The notes below the pieces were generated by a model, which was not told the origin of the DNA, ran no database searches, and worked only from the letters and a program-made list of their open reading frames with translations. Source: a virus (lineage: Duplodnaviria > Caudoviricetes). Taken from it: a DNA stretch of 56,773 bases. Of the stretch, positions 53,621-56,773 are shown one piece after another. Every line of letters begins with the position of its first letter. The stretch's first letter is position 1. The stretch covers positions 1-56,773 of the IMG/VR virus record IMGVR_UViG_3300025128_000043; one strand, 5' to 3'. Both the position numbers and the translations under genes were made by a program.

Positions 53621-55336
53621 ATGGAAGCAGTTGAATCTGTAGTGAGGAACATGACCCAAGATGGGCGTATTAAATGCCCTGCTTGCGGTGATACCAGAAA
53701 GAAAAAATCCCAAAAAACAATGGGCGTAACAATTAATGGCGAAGGAACGCTATATAATTGTTTTCATTGCGGAATTTCAGGAAAAATTGTGCCTAAAAAG
53801 CCTTATATTGAGCCAGTATCCGCGCCTGTTATCAGACCTAAAAAGCACACAAGAACACCTGAGCAGAATGAACATCTCTATAGCTTTCTCGAAAAGCGAG
53901 GTATCTCTAAGGATATTGCCAAGCAATACGGCGTTATCGGTGGCAGTAAATACTTCAATGGGAGTGGGGAACTGCCCTCAGTTGGTTTTGTTTATGGATG
54001 CAATTCAGATGAACCAGAGGCAATAAAATGGCGTGGAACCGAGAAAAAATGTTTCACACAAGAGGGAGCCGCGCAATCTTTCTATGGATTAGAGCAACTA
54101 CCCGAAGATATTGAAACACTTGTCATTGTTGAGGGTGAACTGGATGTGCTGGCACTCGCTACCGCAGGTATACCCTCAGTTTCCTGCCCGAATGGTGCGC
54201 CTCAAAAGGTCAGCATCTATGAGAAAGATGAGTCTGAGGACACAAAATACCACTATGTATGGGAATCAAAAGACCTCATTGAGAAGGTTTCAAAGATTAT
54301 ATTTGCTGTAGACAAGGATGAGCCAGGTGAAGCTCTGGCAGAAGAACTTGCCAGAAGAATAGGTCGAGCTAAGTGCTGGGAAGTTAAGTGGCCTGATGGC
54401 TGCAAAGATGCTAATGATGTGCTGATTAAGCATGACAAAGAAACGCTTGCGACTTTGATTGAAGATGCTGTGCCTGTGCCTTTGGTTGGTGTTTATTCAG
54501 CAGAAGATTATGACGATCAGGTGGATTTACTTTATGACAAAGGCAATGGCAAAGGGGTCAGCACAGGATTTTCTACCCTTGACGATCTTTATACCATAGC
54601 ACCTGGGCAATTAAGTGTGGTCACAGGTCTGCCAGGTTCCGGTAAATCAGAGTTCTGTGATGCACTGCTTGTGAATCTTGCTCAGAAAGAAGGCTGGACA
54701 TTCTGCATAGCGAGCTTTGAAAACCCCGTTCCCACTCACATTGCTAAACTTAGCGAGAAAATAACGGGCAAGCCTTTCTTCTCTGGCCCTACGGAAAGAA
54801 TGACAAAAGAAGAATCAAAGGAAGCCAGAAAATTTATCAAAAATCATTTTGTCTTTCTGGAACAAAGAGATGGCAGCGCGATCAAGATTGATGATTTGCT
54901 GGAAAGAACACGACTTGCTGTGATGCGGTTAGGTTGCAGAGGTGTTGTCATAGACCCCTACAACTATATTGAAACCAGCAAGGGAGACAAAGAGCATCAA
55001 TCTATCTCAGCCATGCTGACTCGCGTTGCTGCTTTTGCAAAGGCTTACGATATTCATGTCTGGTTTGTAGCTCACCCAGCAAAGATGTATCCAGACCCAA
55101 GCGGTAAAACACCTGCTCCTGTCGGTATGCACATCTCTGGTTCTGCTGCTTGGTTTGCCAAGGCTGATTGTGGAATTACTGTCCACAGGTCAGGTGATTA
55201 CGACAACAACCAGCCAGAAATACATTGCTGGAAATCCAGATTCAAATGGGTGGGCAGGATTGGCATGGCTAAACTTAACTATGATGTCCCCACAGGCAGA
55301 TTTTCCGACATCAATGAAAATTGGGAGTTTGAATAA
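53621..55336 (+). CDS. Primase-helicase (T7 gp4/Twinkle-like)
   Basis: Zn finger CPAC/CFHC; TOPRIM EGELD, DKDEPG, KDAND; Walker A GLPGSGKS; IDPYN; VAHP. Confidence 0.93.
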   Translation: MEAVESVVRNMTQDGRIKCPACGDTRKKKSQKTMGVTINGEGTLYNCFHCGISGKIVPKKPYIEPVSAPVIRPKKHTRTPEQNEHLYSFLEKRGISKDIAKQYGVIGGSKYFNGSGELPSVGFVYGCNSDEPEAIKWRGTEKKCFTQEGAAQSFYGLEQLPEDIETLVIVEGELDVLALATAGIPSVSCPNGAPQKVSIYEKDESEDTKYHYVWESKDLIEKVSKIIFAVDKDEPGEALAEELARRIGRAKCWEVKWPDGCKDANDVLIKHDKETLATLIEDAVPVPLVGVYSAEDYDDQVDLLYDKGNGKGVSTGFSTLDDLYTIAPGQLSVVTGLPGSGKSEFCDALLVNLAQKEGWTFCIASFENPVPTHIAKLSEKITGKPFFSGPTERMTKEESKEARKFIKNHFVFLEQRDGSAIKIDDLLERTRLAVMRLGCRGVVIDPYNYIETSKGDKEHQSISAMLTRVAAFAKAYDIHVWFVAHPAKMYPDPSGKTPAPVGMHISGSAAWFAKADCGITVHRSGDYDNNQPEIHCWKSRFKWVGRIGMAKLNYDVPTGRFSDINENWEFE

Positions 55337-55842
55337 TGGCTGATATAACTTGGTTAACAGACCCAGAAGAACGCAATCATCCTGCTTTCAAAGAGAACTT
55401 GAGGGCCAGCCAGAAGGGGGTATGGGACACAGCGCAATGGCTGAATAATTACGGGATGAAGGTGACTGTTAATCCCACTGAGGAAGCAGACACCTACAAG
55501 AACCGCCATGCCTTTATGGATGATGGCGATATAGAGATCAGCCAGAAGATTGAAGTAAAGGTTCTTGGCTATCAGTTCACAGGACAAGATGATTGGCCTT
55601 TTCACAGGTTTGCAGTCTGTAATGTAAATGCCTGGGACAGAGCCAAAAGAAAGCCTTATGCCTATCTTATCTGGTCAAGTGACCGCCATCATTTAGCCAT
55701 TGTGTATGGGTCAACCAACCCACATTGGTTTTCTGATGAAATGAAAGACAGGCGTTATGAGGGTTACACCCAGCGGAGCTATTTTTGCCCGATGGAATTT
55801 GTACGATGGACTAATAAAAACGAACCAGATTGTCCGTTATAA
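55336..55842 (+). CDS. PD-(D/E)XK-like nuclease-fold protein
   Basis: DGDIEISQKIEVK. Confidence 0.5.
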   Translation: MADITWLTDPEERNHPAFKENLRASQKGVWDTAQWLNNYGMKVTVNPTEEADTYKNRHAFMDDGDIEISQKIEVKVLGYQFTGQDDWPFHRFAVCNVNAWDRAKRKPYAYLIWSSDRHHLAIVYGSTNPHWFSDEMKDRRYEGYTQRSYFCPMEFVRWTNKNEPDCPL

Positions 55843-55860
55843 ATAAGCGAGGAGCTAATT

Positions 55861-56007
55861 ATGTACGACTTACCAGAAAATATCATTGATCCACCAGATC
55901 ACTGGACATGCGAGGAATGTTGGCGGCATTTTTATCCTAGTTATGGAGAAGAACCAGGAGAAGATGAGCGTGTTTTGTGCTACTCCTGTGACAGTTTTGA
56001 CGGATAA
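55861..56007 (+). CDS. 48-aa Zn-finger-like protein (not in ORF track)
   Basis: GAGGAG RBS; CEEC..CYSC. Confidence 0.6.
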   Translation: MYDLPENIIDPPDHWTCEECWRHFYPSYGEEPGEDERVLCYSCDSFDG

Positions 56008-56020
56008 AAAAGGAGAAACA

Positions 56021-56185
56021 ATGAATTGTTGGCATTGTAATGAAGAGCTTATTTGGGGCGGAGATCACGACCTTGAGAAAGGATATGGAACATTGTCTGA
56101 CGAATATTGCGTTGAAACAAATCTTTCCTGCCCAGAATGCGGAAGTTTTGTTTTAGTTTATTATCCAAGGGAAAAAAATGAGTGA
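56021..56185 (+). CDS. Small Zn-ribbon protein
   Basis: AGGAG RBS; MNCWHC..LIWGGDHD..NLSCPEC. Confidence 0.75.
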   Translation: MNCWHCNEELIWGGDHDLEKGYGTLSDEYCVETNLSCPECGSFVLVYYPREKNE

Positions 56186-56384
56186 TCCACTAGATGAACA
56201 AGTGGGTGGAGACCACTACAAAGACCTAGCCATTCAGCCTTTTGAGTTCATAGAACTCAATAATCTCGGCTACGGCGCAGGTAATGTCGTGAAGTATATT
56301 TGCCGATACAAAAGCAAGGGTGGTGTTGATGATCTTAAAAAAGCTCGCCATTACATAGATTTACTTATTGAGGTGGAACAATGA
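56178..56384 (+). CDS. DUF3310 (SaV-like) protein
   Basis: QVGGDHY..IQP.EFI..GNVVKYICR..KGG.DDLKKARHY. Confidence 0.88.
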   Translation: MSDPLDEQVGGDHYKDLAIQPFEFIELNNLGYGAGNVVKYICRYKSKGGVDDLKKARHYIDLLIEVEQ

Positions 56385-56392
56385 ATAAAAAC
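56294..56392. repeat. Exact 99-bp repeat, copy 2
   Basis: Identical to 1-99. Confidence 0.95.
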
Positions 56393-56476
56393 CAAGCATT
56401 TGACAATCCGTTAGGTCTGTCGGAAAAAATAATAAAGACCATTTTAGATCATCAATTAGCAGAAGCAGAAGGATGA
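56381..56476 (+). CDS. 31-aa ORF unique to allele B
   Basis: MNKNQAFDNPLGLSEKIIKTILDHQLAEAEG; ATGA overlaps on both sides. Confidence 0.5.
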   Translation: MNKNQAFDNPLGLSEKIIKTILDHQLAEAEG

Positions 56477-56652
56477 ACAAAAACGCCATTAAAAAACGCC
56501 GCATTAAGGCGGTGAAGGCGGTTTTACAGAAACCTCTGAGTCAAGACATGAAAGCCTATTGGACTGGCGTTCTGAAACACCTCAGTTCTTGGTCGGTGGA
56601 AAAACGCAACATGGGGTTGAATGAAATGAAGAAGGCGGTATCAGATGAGTAA
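56473..56652 (+). CDS. Allele B of 88-243
   Basis: MNKNAIKKRRIKAVK..DMKAYWTGVL. Confidence 0.72.
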   Translation: MNKNAIKKRRIKAVKAVLQKPLSQDMKAYWTGVLKHLSSWSVEKRNMGLNEMKKAVSDE

Positions 56653-56773
56653 GGGAAGCAAACAAAGACCAGTCGATAAAAAGCGTTTTGATGAAGGGTT
56701 TGACCGAATATTCGGCAAGAAGCCAACAAGCCACAAAAAATTAAAGAAAAAAGATACAAAAGCTCCAATATGA
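56645..56773 (+). CDS. Allele B of 252-380
   Basis: MSKGSKQRP..FDRIF..KKKDTKAPI. Confidence 0.72.
   Translation: MSKGSKQRPVDKKRFDEGFDRIFGKKPTSHKKLKKKDTKAPI

Overview
The window is an apparently complete, circularly permuted genome of a tailed dsDNA phage, probably podovirus-like and infecting a Gram-negative proteobacterium. The unit length is about 56,293 bp: bases 1-99 recur exactly at 56294-56392, and the two ends then carry diverged alleles of the same three-gene stretch. A large non-coding region (42.2-43.4 kb) separates two arms. The leftward late arm runs terS, nuclease, terL, Asp/Asn beta-hydroxylase, portal, GroES-like, scaffold, gpT-like capsid, adaptors, tail fibre, 2OG oxygenase, lysozyme, ejection proteins and spanins. 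The early/middle arm carries ArdC, DUF3085, NinB-, Sak- and RusA-like proteins, a split PD-(D/E)XK nuclease and a primase-helicase. I found no DNA polymerase, RNA polymerase, integrase, tRNA or CRISPR array. The standout is an accessory module at about 1.9-9.2 kb, directly downstream of the spanin/holin-like genes: two paralogous small membrane proteins, CsgF, CsgG, two signal-peptide curlin-repeat proteins, a FecR-domain protein ending in a curlin-like strand, and a CHASE2 class III adenylyl cyclase. This looks like a phage-encoded curli-type secretion system with its own substrates, linked to cAMP signalling. Other notable items are an in-frame-split nuclease gene, a micro-ORF copying the capsid N-terminus, repeated structured elements between early genes, a structured RNA after the capsid gene and two inverted-related ori-like regions. 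All family calls come from motif recognition by eye; no database searches were run.
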